From Flavobacteriaceae bacterium (lineage in GTDB: Bacteria; Bacteroidota; Bacteroidia; Flavobacteriales; Flavobacteriaceae), in NCBI GenBank assembly GCA_947472705.1, contig CANJDA010000001.1, positions 1 to 36,096 of the forward strand: a stretch of 36,096 nucleotides of DNA. Direction: 5' to 3'. Positions 19,177 to 28,138 of the stretch are shown here, one piece after another; within the stretch, counting starts at the first letter, position 1; every line of letters begins with the position of its first letter. The translations under genes were made by a program, and so were the position numbers. A model generated the notes under the pieces. It saw only the letters and a program-made list of their open reading frames with translations, was not told the origin of the DNA and made no database searches.

Positions 19177-19724
19177 TGAAATTTGAAAATTGGAAAATAG
19201 AATCGATTCAAAATATTCTTCCCGAAGAGTTTTTTGACCTCATAGTGAAAAATAAAAGTCACATTGAGAAAACATTTCCAGTTACGATTTCGAATTGTTT
19301 GGATTTAGACAAAACGATTGGTTTCATAGGATTCAATATTCAAAGAGAGAAGGATAATGAAGGATATTATTTTTATATCAGAAATACAGAAACCCATATT
19401 TTGATTGGATACGTTTTTATAAAAAATATTAAAATGGACATTCGAAAATGTGAATTGGCCTATTTTATTGATGCTGAATATGAAGGAAGAGGTATTATTT
19501 CTGGGGCTATTTCACAAACTATTGAATTTTGTTTCAATCAATTAAAGCTAAACAAAGTGTTTATCTGTACTTCAAAAATAAACAAAGGCAGTCAACAAAT
19601 TGCCTTAAAACATGGCTTTCAACAAGAAGGAATTTTGCGAGAAGAATTTAAAAACCACGAAGGGATTTTAGAAGATGTTGTTTATTTCGGATTGCTCAAA
19701 TCAGATTACTATAATGAAAGATAA
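19176..19724 (+). CDS. GNAT N-acetyltransferase, RimJ/RimL family
   Basis: ELAYFID..YEGRGI, NKGSQQIALKHGFQQEGILR and D...FGLL motifs. Confidence 0.9.
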   Translation: MKFENWKIESIQNILPEEFFDLIVKNKSHIEKTFPVTISNCLDLDKTIGFIGFNIQREKDNEGYYFYIRNTETHILIGYVFIKNIKMDIRKCELAYFIDAEYEGRGIISGAISQTIEFCFNQLKLNKVFICTSKINKGSQQIALKHGFQQEGILREEFKNHEGILEDVVYFGLLKSDYYNER

Positions 19725-20616
19725 ATTTTATCATTACATATTAAATCTCCAAGACCAAATCACTTCTCAACTGGAAGCTATAGACGGTGTAGCCAAATTT
19801 CGAGAAGATCTTTGGAATCGTGAAGAAGGAGGTGGTGGAAGAACTAGAGTGATTGAAAATGGAGCCGTCTTCGAAAAAGGAGGTGTCAACATTTCTGCTG
19901 TACATGGCAAATTGCCCGATACCATGCAAAAAATGTTTGGTGTAGGAGAAGCCGATTTTTTTGCCTGCGGATTGAGTTTAGTCATTCACCCCAAAAGCCC
20001 AATGGTACCAACAGTTCATGCTAATTGGCGCTATTTTGAAATGTATGATGATCAAGGAAATAGTATTAATCAATGGTTCGGTGGCGGGCAAGATTTAACA
20101 CCGTATTATTTGTTTGAACAAGATGTCATTCATTTTCATCAAACTTGCAAAAGTGCATGCGACAAGCATTCTCCAGATTTTTATCCTAAATATAAAAAAC
20201 AATGCGACTCTTATTTTTGGAACGCACATCGTAACGAAGCACGTGGCATTGGCGGGTTGTTCTTTGATTATTGCAAAGAATCAGAAACCATGAAAATGGA
20301 AGATTGGTTTAATTTTGTTTCAGAAGTGGGCAACAGTTTCTGCGAAGCTTATGTACCCATTGTAGAAAGAAGAAAAGATTTGCCGTATTCAGCTGAACAA
20401 AAAACTTGGCAAGAAATCCGTCGCGGGCGTTATGTCGAATTCAATTTGGTGCATGACAAAGGCACCTTATTTGGCTTAAAAACCAACGGCAGAATTGAAA
20501 GCATTTTGATGAGTTTACCACCACATGTACAATGGGTTTATGACCATCATCCGGAAGCAGGAAGCGAAGAAGAAAAACTACTTAAAATATTAGAAAATCC
20601 AATTGATTGGATTTAA
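19714..20616 (+). CDS. hemF: Oxygen-dependent coproporphyrinogen III oxidase
   Basis: FEKGGVN, PTVHANWR, WFGGGQDLTP, RGIGGLFFD and RRGRYVEFNL motifs. Confidence 0.98.
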   Translation: MKDKFYHYILNLQDQITSQLEAIDGVAKFREDLWNREEGGGGRTRVIENGAVFEKGGVNISAVHGKLPDTMQKMFGVGEADFFACGLSLVIHPKSPMVPTVHANWRYFEMYDDQGNSINQWFGGGQDLTPYYLFEQDVIHFHQTCKSACDKHSPDFYPKYKKQCDSYFWNAHRNEARGIGGLFFDYCKESETMKMEDWFNFVSEVGNSFCEAYVPIVERRKDLPYSAEQKTWQEIRRGRYVEFNLVHDKGTLFGLKTNGRIESILMSLPPHVQWVYDHHPEAGSEEEKLLKILENPIDWI

Positions 20617-20632
20617 TTTAAAAATAAATAAT

Positions 20633-21631
20633 ATGTTCCCATTACAAAGAGGCAGAAGATTACGCGTTAACGAAAGCATTCGTTCTCTAGTGCGCGAAAC
20701 CACCTTAAGTCCAAGTGATTTTATGTTTCCTATGTTTATCGCAGAAGGTGAAAACTATAAATTTGAAATCCCTTCCATGCCGGGCATTTTTCGTCGTTCG
20801 ATTGATTTAACGGTAGAAGAAGTTAAAGAACTTTTTGCATTAGGCATTCGTGCTGTAAACATTTATGTAAAAGTGGATGAAAGCCTAAAAGACAATACAG
20901 GTAAAGAAGCATGGAACCCTAACGGATTAATGCAACGCGCCATCAAAGCCATCAAATCCGCTTGCCCAGAAATGATTGTAATGCCTGATGTCGCTTTAGA
21001 TCCATATTCCATTTATGGTCATGACGGAATTATTGAAAATGGCGACATTGCCAACGATGCAACCAACGAAGCTTTAGTAAAAATGGCTGTTTCTCATGCG
21101 CAAGCGGGAGCCGATTTTGTAGCGCCTAGTGACATGATGGATGGAAGAGTTTTACGTTTGCGTCAAGGTCTTGATGCTGCCGGATTTCAAAATGTGGGCA
21201 TTATGAGTTATTCGGCTAAATATGCTTCGGCATTTTATGGCCCGTTCCGTGATGCTTTAGATAGCGCACCAAGAGAAGCTGATGTAGTGGTTCCCAAAGA
21301 CAAAAAAACCTACCAAATGGATTATGCCAACCGGCTAGAAGCCATCAAAGAGGCGCTTATGGACGTAGAAGAAGGCGCCGATATGGTGATGGTAAAACCT
21401 GGAATTGCCTATCTTGACATCGTTCGCGAGGTAAAAAACGCCGTGAATGTTCCAGTAACGGTTTTTCACGTTTCAGGTGAATACGCTATGATTAAAGCGG
21501 CTTCCGAAAGAGGTTGGCTCGACCACGATAAAATCATGATGGAGCAATTAATGTGCATTAAGCGCGCCGGAGCTAGTTTGATTTCAACTTATTTTGCCAA
21601 AGAAGCTGCCATTTTGTTAAACCAAAAATAG
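20633..21631 (+). CDS. hemB: Porphobilinogen synthase (ALA dehydratase)
   Basis: DVALDPYSIYGHDG (Asp-rich, non-Cys metal site), APSDMMDGR, SAFYGPFRDA and MVMVKPG motifs. Confidence 0.98.
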   Translation: MFPLQRGRRLRVNESIRSLVRETTLSPSDFMFPMFIAEGENYKFEIPSMPGIFRRSIDLTVEEVKELFALGIRAVNIYVKVDESLKDNTGKEAWNPNGLMQRAIKAIKSACPEMIVMPDVALDPYSIYGHDGIIENGDIANDATNEALVKMAVSHAQAGADFVAPSDMMDGRVLRLRQGLDAAGFQNVGIMSYSAKYASAFYGPFRDALDSAPREADVVVPKDKKTYQMDYANRLEAIKEALMDVEEGADMVMVKPGIAYLDIVREVKNAVNVPVTVFHVSGEYAMIKAASERGWLDHDKIMMEQLMCIKRAGASLISTYFAKEAAILLNQK

Positions 21632-21710
21632 GAGCGAATGGTTCGGGAATTATCAGTTAGCCATTTTCCCGCTGTTCGCACTACAAGGTAGTCACTACCA
21701 TCGGGGCTAA
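21631..21710 (-). repeat. Structured intergenic repeat / candidate ncRNA motif, copy 1
   Basis: The minus strand reads TTAGCCCCGATGGTAGTGAC-TACCTTGTAGT-GCGAACAGCGGGAA...GCTCC. Its arms match the copy at 31982-32079 (17/20 and 13/14). The functional strand is unknown. Confidence 0.75.
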
Positions 21711-21739
21711 TAAGGAAAAGTATTGAATTTTTGTAAACC

Positions 21740-22117
21740 ATGAAAAATAAATATTTAGTTACCATACTAACATTTAGTACTTTATTTTCTTGTAAAAAAG
21801 AAAGTCAGGAAAACTTTGGAAAACCAAAGGATAAAACAACAGCAAAAGTGTCGGGACAACAACTCTTTGAAGGTGCAGGAAATTGTATCGCCTGCCACAA
21901 ACCCGACCAAAAAATAATCGGACCAAGCCTCGAGGAAATTGCCAAGACCTATAAAACCAAAAAAGGAAGCATCATAGCATTTCTACAAGAACAAAGTGAC
22001 CCCATAGTTGATCCTTCACAATATGAAGTAATGAAAACCAATTTCGCCATCACCAAAAGCATGAGCGATGAGGAGTTAAAAGCATTAGAAGACTACATCT
22101 ATAGCTTTTCTAAATAA
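21740..22117 (+). CDS. Monohaem c-type cytochrome lipoprotein (c551/c552-like)
   Basis: Lipobox TLFS|C, CIACH haem-binding motif, IGPSL motif and a distal Met. Confidence 0.9.
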   Translation: MKNKYLVTILTFSTLFSCKKESQENFGKPKDKTTAKVSGQQLFEGAGNCIACHKPDQKIIGPSLEEIAKTYKTKKGSIIAFLQEQSDPIVDPSQYEVMKTNFAITKSMSDEELKALEDYIYSFSK

Positions 22118-22137
22118 GTATACGCTACCTTTATCAA

Positions 22138-22608
22138 ATGGAAACAGCTTTTATTCAAACACCGTTAGGCGTTGCCAAAATTGTTGGCGATGAAGCCGGT
22201 ATTTCCATAATTTCAATCTTGAGCGAAGGAACAATTACCAATAAAATTCCAAAGAATCTTAAAGAATGTGTTGCCCAACTTCAGCAATATTTTGATGGTC
22301 AGCGAAATCATTTTGATTTTAAAATGAATCCTTCAGGAACCGATTTTCAACAAAGAGTTTGGCAGGAATTAGTAAATATTCCTTTTGGCAAAACGATGTC
22401 ATACCTAGATTTATCGAAGAAAATGGGTGATGTCAAAGCTATTCGAGCCGTAGCTTCTGCTAATGGTAAAAACCCTCTATGGATAGTTGTTCCATGTCAT
22501 CGCGTAATAGGAACCGATGGGTCTTTAACGGGTTATGCAGGTGGATTGTGGCGCAAAAAATGGTTATTAGAACATGAAAACCCTTCTCCTCAACAATCAC
22601 TTTTTTAA
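22138..22608 (+). CDS. ogt: Methylated-DNA--protein-cysteine methyltransferase
   Basis: GTDFQQRVW, IPFGKTMSY, RAVA and VPCHRVIG active site. Confidence 0.96.
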   Translation: METAFIQTPLGVAKIVGDEAGISIISILSEGTITNKIPKNLKECVAQLQQYFDGQRNHFDFKMNPSGTDFQQRVWQELVNIPFGKTMSYLDLSKKMGDVKAIRAVASANGKNPLWIVVPCHRVIGTDGSLTGYAGGLWRKKWLLEHENPSPQQSLF

Positions 22609-22675
22609 ACTTTTTCTTTCATATTTAAAATCGATTTAATACTTTTAAGTCGGTTAATTCTTAATATTTTGTATC

Positions 22676-23389
22676 ATGATTGAAAAAATACAGCTCAATA
22701 ACATTCTCTTTCTCGATATTGAAACGGTTCCAGAAGAAGAAAGCTTTGATGGTTTAGATAATGACATGAAAATGCTGTGGGAGCAAAAAACCCAATATCA
22801 AAGGCGCGACGAATACACCCCTGAAGATTTCTATGACCGAGCAGGAATTTGGGCAGAATTTGGAAAAATTGTGTGCATTTCCGTGGGTTATTTTGCTAAT
22901 AAAAGTGACATTCGAAATTTTAGAGTCACTTCTTTTTTTGGGGAAGAAAAAAAGATATTAAAAGATTTTTCTAATTTGCTCGACACTCATTTCAATCAGG
23001 CTCAACATGTGTTGTGTGGGCATAATGCTAAAGAGTTTGACATTCCATTTATAGCGCGTAGAATGATAATTAACCAAATCCAGATTCCTGCTAAATTGAA
23101 TTTATTTGGCAAAAAACCATGGGAAATTCCACATTTGGACACACTGGAATTGTGGAAATTTGGCGATTACAAACACTTTACATCCTTAAAATTATTGACA
23201 AAAATACTGGACATTCCTTCACCAAAAGGTGATATTGATGGCAGCCAAGTGGCCCATGTTTTTTATGTAGAAAAAGACATTGATAGAATCGTAACCTATT
23301 GTGAAAAAGATGTTATAGCCGTGTCACAAATTTTCCTAAGACTTCGAAGAGAAGATTTACTAATTGATGATGAAATTATTCATGTATAA
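22676..23389 (+). CDS. Stand-alone PolB-related 3'-5' exonuclease (DEDDy)
   Basis: ExoI LDIETV, ExoII HNAKEFDIPF, HLDTL and ExoIII YCEKDV motifs. Confidence 0.9.
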   Translation: MIEKIQLNNILFLDIETVPEEESFDGLDNDMKMLWEQKTQYQRRDEYTPEDFYDRAGIWAEFGKIVCISVGYFANKSDIRNFRVTSFFGEEKKILKDFSNLLDTHFNQAQHVLCGHNAKEFDIPFIARRMIINQIQIPAKLNLFGKKPWEIPHLDTLELWKFGDYKHFTSLKLLTKILDIPSPKGDIDGSQVAHVFYVEKDIDRIVTYCEKDVIAVSQIFLRLRREDLLIDDEIIHV

Positions 23390-23419
23390 AAAAGGCTTCC
23401 ATTTTGGAAGCCTTTTTTT
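23388..23419. terminator. Bidirectional intrinsic terminator
   Basis: AAAAAGGCTTCCA-TTT-TGGAAGCCTTTTT perfect stem between convergent genes. Confidence 0.9.
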
Positions 23420-23439
23420 ATATATTTTTAATGACAAGT

Positions 23440-26382
23440 TTATTTATTTAAGACTATTTTTTTGGTGATTTTACTAGTGCCATTTTCAACAGTAAGTAGG
23501 TAAACACCTTCTTGTAAATTTCCAATATTTAAACTTTCATTTGTTAGATTAGTTTCTTTATTTATAATTTCTCTACCTTGAATATCATGTAATTTCAATA
23601 CTGATTTTTCAGAAAGGCTTGGCAATGTAATGTTAAGCATTCCAGTTGTAGGATTAGGATATACAGACATAGTAGCCAATTGGTTGGAAATATTTCCTAA
23701 TGCCGAAGGCACTACGTAACAAAGATTAATTCTAAAAGTATTTACCGATCCACCATCACCATTATAAGGGTCGTCTACCAGTAATGTCCACTCTCCATCT
23801 GCAGGTAAAGTGTTGAGAGCACTAAGAGATTCAAAAGGAGCAATATTACCTGAAATAGAAGGGTTGCCTGAACAAGCAGGTACTCCTCCATCATCATCCA
23901 AAGTACAATTTATATTGTCATTATCTCCACAAGGTTCTTTCAGTAAAATTATTACCGGACTACCAATAGCTGCTGGGCCTCTTAATGAAATAGTCATATC
24001 TTGTACATAAGTATGGGTAAGATTTAAATCTACATTTAAGTCCCCAATTGTATAACCACCAGTTACAGTAACAGGTACACTTGCCGATGAATTTGATACA
24101 GACGCAATACTTGCATTCGAAAAATCAGTTGCCGTAAATGATGTGGTACCACAAACCAAAACTCCTGTATAAAATGCATTAATTGTTGCATTTGATGCAT
24201 CTCCATTACCACATTGATTACTTGGTATTACTCTCCAAAAATAGTTTGTTTCTTGATTTAATCCACTAACCACATATTCATTTGTTGATACTATTACATT
24301 GGTTGTAAGAGTTGAAAATGAAGATGAAGTTGAGACCTGTACAGTATAATTTTCGGCATTTACTTGTTCTGCCCATTTTAAATTTACAGAAGTAGAAAGA
24401 CCAATCTGCCCATTCGAAGGGGAGTTTAAAACCACATTTTGAAAAGTAGCATTATAAATTTGTAATGATTTGAATCTTGTTTCTGACTCTATAGTATTAG
24501 TTCCTTTGATACCAATATAATATTCGCCAGGTGCGACAGTAGCAAGACCTGAAATGGTCATAGTAACTGTCCCATTTGCACTTAATGAAGCAGGACTAAA
24601 ACTAGCAGTTGCTCCAACAGGTAAGTCAACAGCACTAAAAGTGGTTGTTCCACTTCCTGATTGTTTGTAATTAAAACTATACACAGCATTTTGATCAGAA
24701 CAAACCACCAAATCCGAAGTTGTTGAGGTTAATGAAAAAGAAGAACTTATTCCAGTTACTATTAATGAAAAATTTTGACTTCCTGTTTCTAAAGATCCTT
24801 TATGTGTAACAGTAATGGTGTAATCTCCAGCCACTGGAGGGGTAATTTTAATTTGCTCGACATTGTCTACATGATTATCTCCATCATTTAAAGCAACATT
24901 GTTTGGGTCACTATCCAATCTCCAAGGGTAGTAAGTTGTTCCGTCTTTTGTTACTCGAATGTCTAAGTCGTTAACCAATGCGGGTGTTGGGTCATTCTCG
25001 GGTAAGTCACCAAGATTAGCAACTCCAGGTAAATCGGTCCAAGAAATAGAAGCGATTAGAGGAGAAACGCCATCCGATTTTACAGTCATACTATAACTTT
25101 GATGATTGGCTAAATTCTCTTCTGAAACCCAAGAAGTTAATCCATTTCCTGAAATAGTTTCAGCCGCTTTTTTGGCATTGAGTAACCCCCAGCCAAAAAC
25201 TGCATCAGGTCCTGTAACTCCTGCATCATCAGCAGTATGACAAGCTAATCCTTTCAGGGTAGCAGCCCTCATAAAATTATTAGTTAAATTTTTATAATGT
25301 TGTTGTAATAATAATAATGTTCCAGCAACATTAGGAGAAGCCATTGAAGTCCCGGTAAGTGTAGCTGTAGCTGAGTTGCTAGTACTACTTGTTGATGTTA
25401 CTGCTGTACCATTTCCTGTGATATCTGGTTTTATTCTCAAATCATCAGTAGGGCCTTGACTACTTGAAGTATTAATGGCTACACTAGTTAGTGTTCCGTT
25501 TGAAGCTACTATAGCATCCTCAGCATTGGCAACCACAAGATTATTTTTTGCAGTTTTATTAGATGTTAATTTATCAAAACCAAAAGCAATTGGGTTTGGA
25601 TTGTCATTAACATCACCATCATTCCCTGCTGCAGCAACCATTAAATAATAAGGAGATAAATAAGCAGCTTCATCCCAATCTCTAGACTCTGAAGAATATG
25701 AACCAATATACCATGCTGGCAAAGTTGTCCCATTATTAGTAATGTAAACACCATAGGAGTGGTTTGATATTAACATTCCCTGTTGTACTTCATCTAGTAC
25801 TTCAGATAGGTCATTTGTCCATTCAAAAGTTCTAGCAGTAGCTTGATAAGCCATTCCTTTGGTTGCGGTTACTGCATTAGAAGCCATTATTGTACCCGTT
25901 ACATGAGTAGAGTGTACGACATATGTTGTACTGGTTGGATCATCTACAACTGTCACTCTATTAGAAAACAAATTATGTGATTTTCTAACTGTGCCACCAT
26001 CCCAAACACGGGCAATCATTCCTTGTCCATTTAAATCTAATCCTAGTGAACCACCAGTATATAAGTGATTTGTTCGAGTTGATTTTGCAGCATTGGCATT
26101 ATCAGTTTTGTAATATATTGGAAATCCAGTTGGGTCTAGTTTTATTAATTCAGAAATAGAACCATCAGGATTAATTTTTCTTATAGGGAGGTTAAATTTT
26201 TGAGCAAAGGCAATTGCTTTTTGCTTTTCAATGGTTTCTTTCTTTTTAAAGAATTGCTGTCTTTCTTTAATTTTTTTTAAATCGTAATGTGAAACTATTT
26301 GTTTTGTTTCAGTTGCGTTTTGCGCTATTATAGTTGAAGAAATACAAAATAAAACAAGTAATGTATAATAATAATTTTTCAT
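23440..26382 (-). CDS. Secreted S8 (subtilisin-like) serine peptidase with Ig/FN3-like and proprotein-convertase P domains and a T9SS type A C-terminal domain
   Basis: Signal peptide; catalytic triad VWDGG / HSTHVTGT / GTSMASP; AAGN oxyanion hole; P-domain (LTHTYVQDM...GEWTLLVDD); CTD VYPNPT...GVYLL...KKIVLN. Confidence 0.95.
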   Translation of the reverse strand: MKNYYYTLLVLFCISSTIIAQNATETKQIVSHYDLKKIKERQQFFKKKETIEKQKAIAFAQKFNLPIRKINPDGSISELIKLDPTGFPIYYKTDNANAAKSTRTNHLYTGGSLGLDLNGQGMIARVWDGGTVRKSHNLFSNRVTVVDDPTSTTYVVHSTHVTGTIMASNAVTATKGMAYQATARTFEWTNDLSEVLDEVQQGMLISNHSYGVYITNNGTTLPAWYIGSYSSESRDWDEAAYLSPYYLMVAAAGNDGDVNDNPNPIAFGFDKLTSNKTAKNNLVVANAEDAIVASNGTLTSVAINTSSSQGPTDDLRIKPDITGNGTAVTSTSSTSNSATATLTGTSMASPNVAGTLLLLQQHYKNLTNNFMRAATLKGLACHTADDAGVTGPDAVFGWGLLNAKKAAETISGNGLTSWVSEENLANHQSYSMTVKSDGVSPLIASISWTDLPGVANLGDLPENDPTPALVNDLDIRVTKDGTTYYPWRLDSDPNNVALNDGDNHVDNVEQIKITPPVAGDYTITVTHKGSLETGSQNFSLIVTGISSSFSLTSTTSDLVVCSDQNAVYSFNYKQSGSGTTTFSAVDLPVGATASFSPASLSANGTVTMTISGLATVAPGEYYIGIKGTNTIESETRFKSLQIYNATFQNVVLNSPSNGQIGLSTSVNLKWAEQVNAENYTVQVSTSSSFSTLTTNVIVSTNEYVVSGLNQETNYFWRVIPSNQCGNGDASNATINAFYTGVLVCGTTSFTATDFSNASIASVSNSSASVPVTVTGGYTIGDLNVDLNLTHTYVQDMTISLRGPAAIGSPVIILLKEPCGDNDNINCTLDDDGGVPACSGNPSISGNIAPFESLSALNTLPADGEWTLLVDDPYNGDGGSVNTFRINLCYVVPSALGNISNQLATMSVYPNPTTGMLNITLPSLSEKSVLKLHDIQGREIINKETNLTNESLNIGNLQEGVYLLTVENGTSKITKKIVLNK

Positions 26383-26420
26383 TTTAATAGTTTAAGTAAT
26401 GGTGGTTTTGTAAATGAACG

Positions 26421-26428
26421 CAAATATA
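26421..26428 (-). promoter_or_regulatory. -7 element (TATATTTG) for the S8 peptidase
   Basis: CAAATATA on the plus strand, 38 nt upstream of the start codon. Confidence 0.55.
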
Positions 26429-26617
26429 TAAATCAAAATTACTTTTAAATGAATATTTAACAAATATTCTATTTAATGTTTACGAAAAATGCACTGCTTA
26501 TAGAAGAAAACAAGAAATAAGTAAATATCCCTACTCTTTTAATAGATAAAAATAGGTTTGCATTAAAAATATTTTAATTCAAAATCGATAAATGTTACAT
26601 TTACCAAAAAAAGGATT

Positions 26618-28063
26618 ATGGTATTAAGTAGATTCTGGTTGACTATTTTCGTTTCATCAATTGTTTTTGTAGTGATTAGCTTAGCTACTGCCAATAGCTA
26701 TTCTGTGGATTTTATTTTGAACGGAAAAAAAGACGACCCCGTTTTAATTTCCGAAAAATATCTGAATCAGGTTCCAAAATTCATTATGGACAGCATAGCA
26801 AAGGCACCCGAGCAAACGATGGTAATCAACCGTGATACCTTAAATGCCGACACCACCTATGTGTATAAAAGCAAAACCGTAAAAATCTACAGCGGCCTTC
26901 AAAAATCGGATGGATTGTTACCCACTTGTAAAAACAGTTTAATGGATTTAATTCTGCCTTTAATTGCCTACTTAGCTTTTTTCTGTGGTTTAATGGAACT
27001 TTTAATTGTTTCTGGCGCTTCTGAGAAATTAGCAAAACTACTAAGCCCAGTCTTTGCAAAAGTTTTCCCGTCAATCCCTAAAAATCACGAATCTATATCT
27101 TACATGACCTTAAATTTTGCAGCAAACTTCCTTGGATTAGACTCTGCAGCTACTCCATTCGGATTAAAAGCCATGCAAAGTTTACAAGAATTAAATCCTG
27201 AAAAAGACAAAGCCAGCGATGCCCAAATTATGTTCTTATGTTTGCATGCTGCAGGATTGACTTTAATCCCAACATCTATCATTGGCTATCGTGCAGCCGA
27301 AAATGCTACTAACCCTGCCGATGTAATGTTACCTTGTATCATTACTTCCTTTATCGGAACGATTGCGGCTTTTTTAATTGTTGGGATTCGACAAAAGGTA
27401 AACTTCAAAAGTGCCTCTTTAATTGTGGCTTTAATGACTATCATAGCAGCTATAGCTGGGCTATTATTCTATATTAATCGTTTGGATTTAATAGGTAAAA
27501 ATGCATTCACGTCAAATCTTTCTGGATTGATGTTGGTTGCAATTATTGGTTTCACTTTAGTATTTTCTTTTATACATGAGAAAAAATTTGTCGAAAAAGG
27601 CACCACTATATTTGATTCTTTTGTAACAGGAGCCAATAATGGGTTGCAAACAGGAGTCAAAATATTTCCGTATGTTTTAGGGATGTTAGTCGCCATTTCA
27701 TTTTTCAGAAACAGTGGATTGTTTGAAATCATCAGCAACGGACTTTCCTTTATCTTTTCCAATATTGGTGTAAGCAAACAAATCACAGATTCTTTGCCGG
27801 TGGCGATGTTACGACCATTCAGCTCGGGCGGTTCCCGTGGTTTTATGATTGATTCGATGCGCAGCTTTGGCCCCGATTCTTTTACCGGAAGACTAAGTTG
27901 TATTTTTCAATGCAGTGCCGAAACCACGTTTTATGTCATTGCAGTATATTTCGGGTCCATCAATGTAAAAAACACCCGTTACACTCTTAGCACCATGCTT
28001 TTGGTGGATTTGGTTTGTGTTATTACAGCGATTTTTGTGGCGAGTTGGTTTTTTTTAAAATAG
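26618..28063 (+). CDS. Fused SpmA/SpmB nucleoside-recognition (gate) domain membrane protein
   Basis: ANFLGLDSAATPFGLKAM, LTLIPTS, LRPFSSGG and ETTFYVIAVYFGS...TRY motifs. Confidence 0.9.
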   Translation: MVLSRFWLTIFVSSIVFVVISLATANSYSVDFILNGKKDDPVLISEKYLNQVPKFIMDSIAKAPEQTMVINRDTLNADTTYVYKSKTVKIYSGLQKSDGLLPTCKNSLMDLILPLIAYLAFFCGLMELLIVSGASEKLAKLLSPVFAKVFPSIPKNHESISYMTLNFAANFLGLDSAATPFGLKAMQSLQELNPEKDKASDAQIMFLCLHAAGLTLIPTSIIGYRAAENATNPADVMLPCIITSFIGTIAAFLIVGIRQKVNFKSASLIVALMTIIAAIAGLLFYINRLDLIGKNAFTSNLSGLMLVAIIGFTLVFSFIHEKKFVEKGTTIFDSFVTGANNGLQTGVKIFPYVLGMLVAISFFRNSGLFEIISNGLSFIFSNIGVSKQITDSLPVAMLRPFSSGGSRGFMIDSMRSFGPDSFTGRLSCIFQCSAETTFYVIAVYFGSINVKNTRYTLSTMLLVDLVCVITAIFVASWFFLK

Positions 28064-28138
28064 ATGCTTTCAATTAGAATTGCGTTTCTAATTTACCATT
28101 AGAATACGTAACTTTACGCCTCTAAAATTATTCAACAA

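Noticed and set aside
22624-22660. TTAAAATCGATTTAA near-palindrome and loose direct repeat upstream of the exonuclease
   Set aside because: AT-rich and imperfect, with no convincing second instance to support an operator.
1-23389. dprA, recA, ogt and the exonuclease as a DNA-repair or defence island
   Set aside because: The genes are dispersed in separate transcription units among housekeeping genes, with no shared motif or mobility signature.
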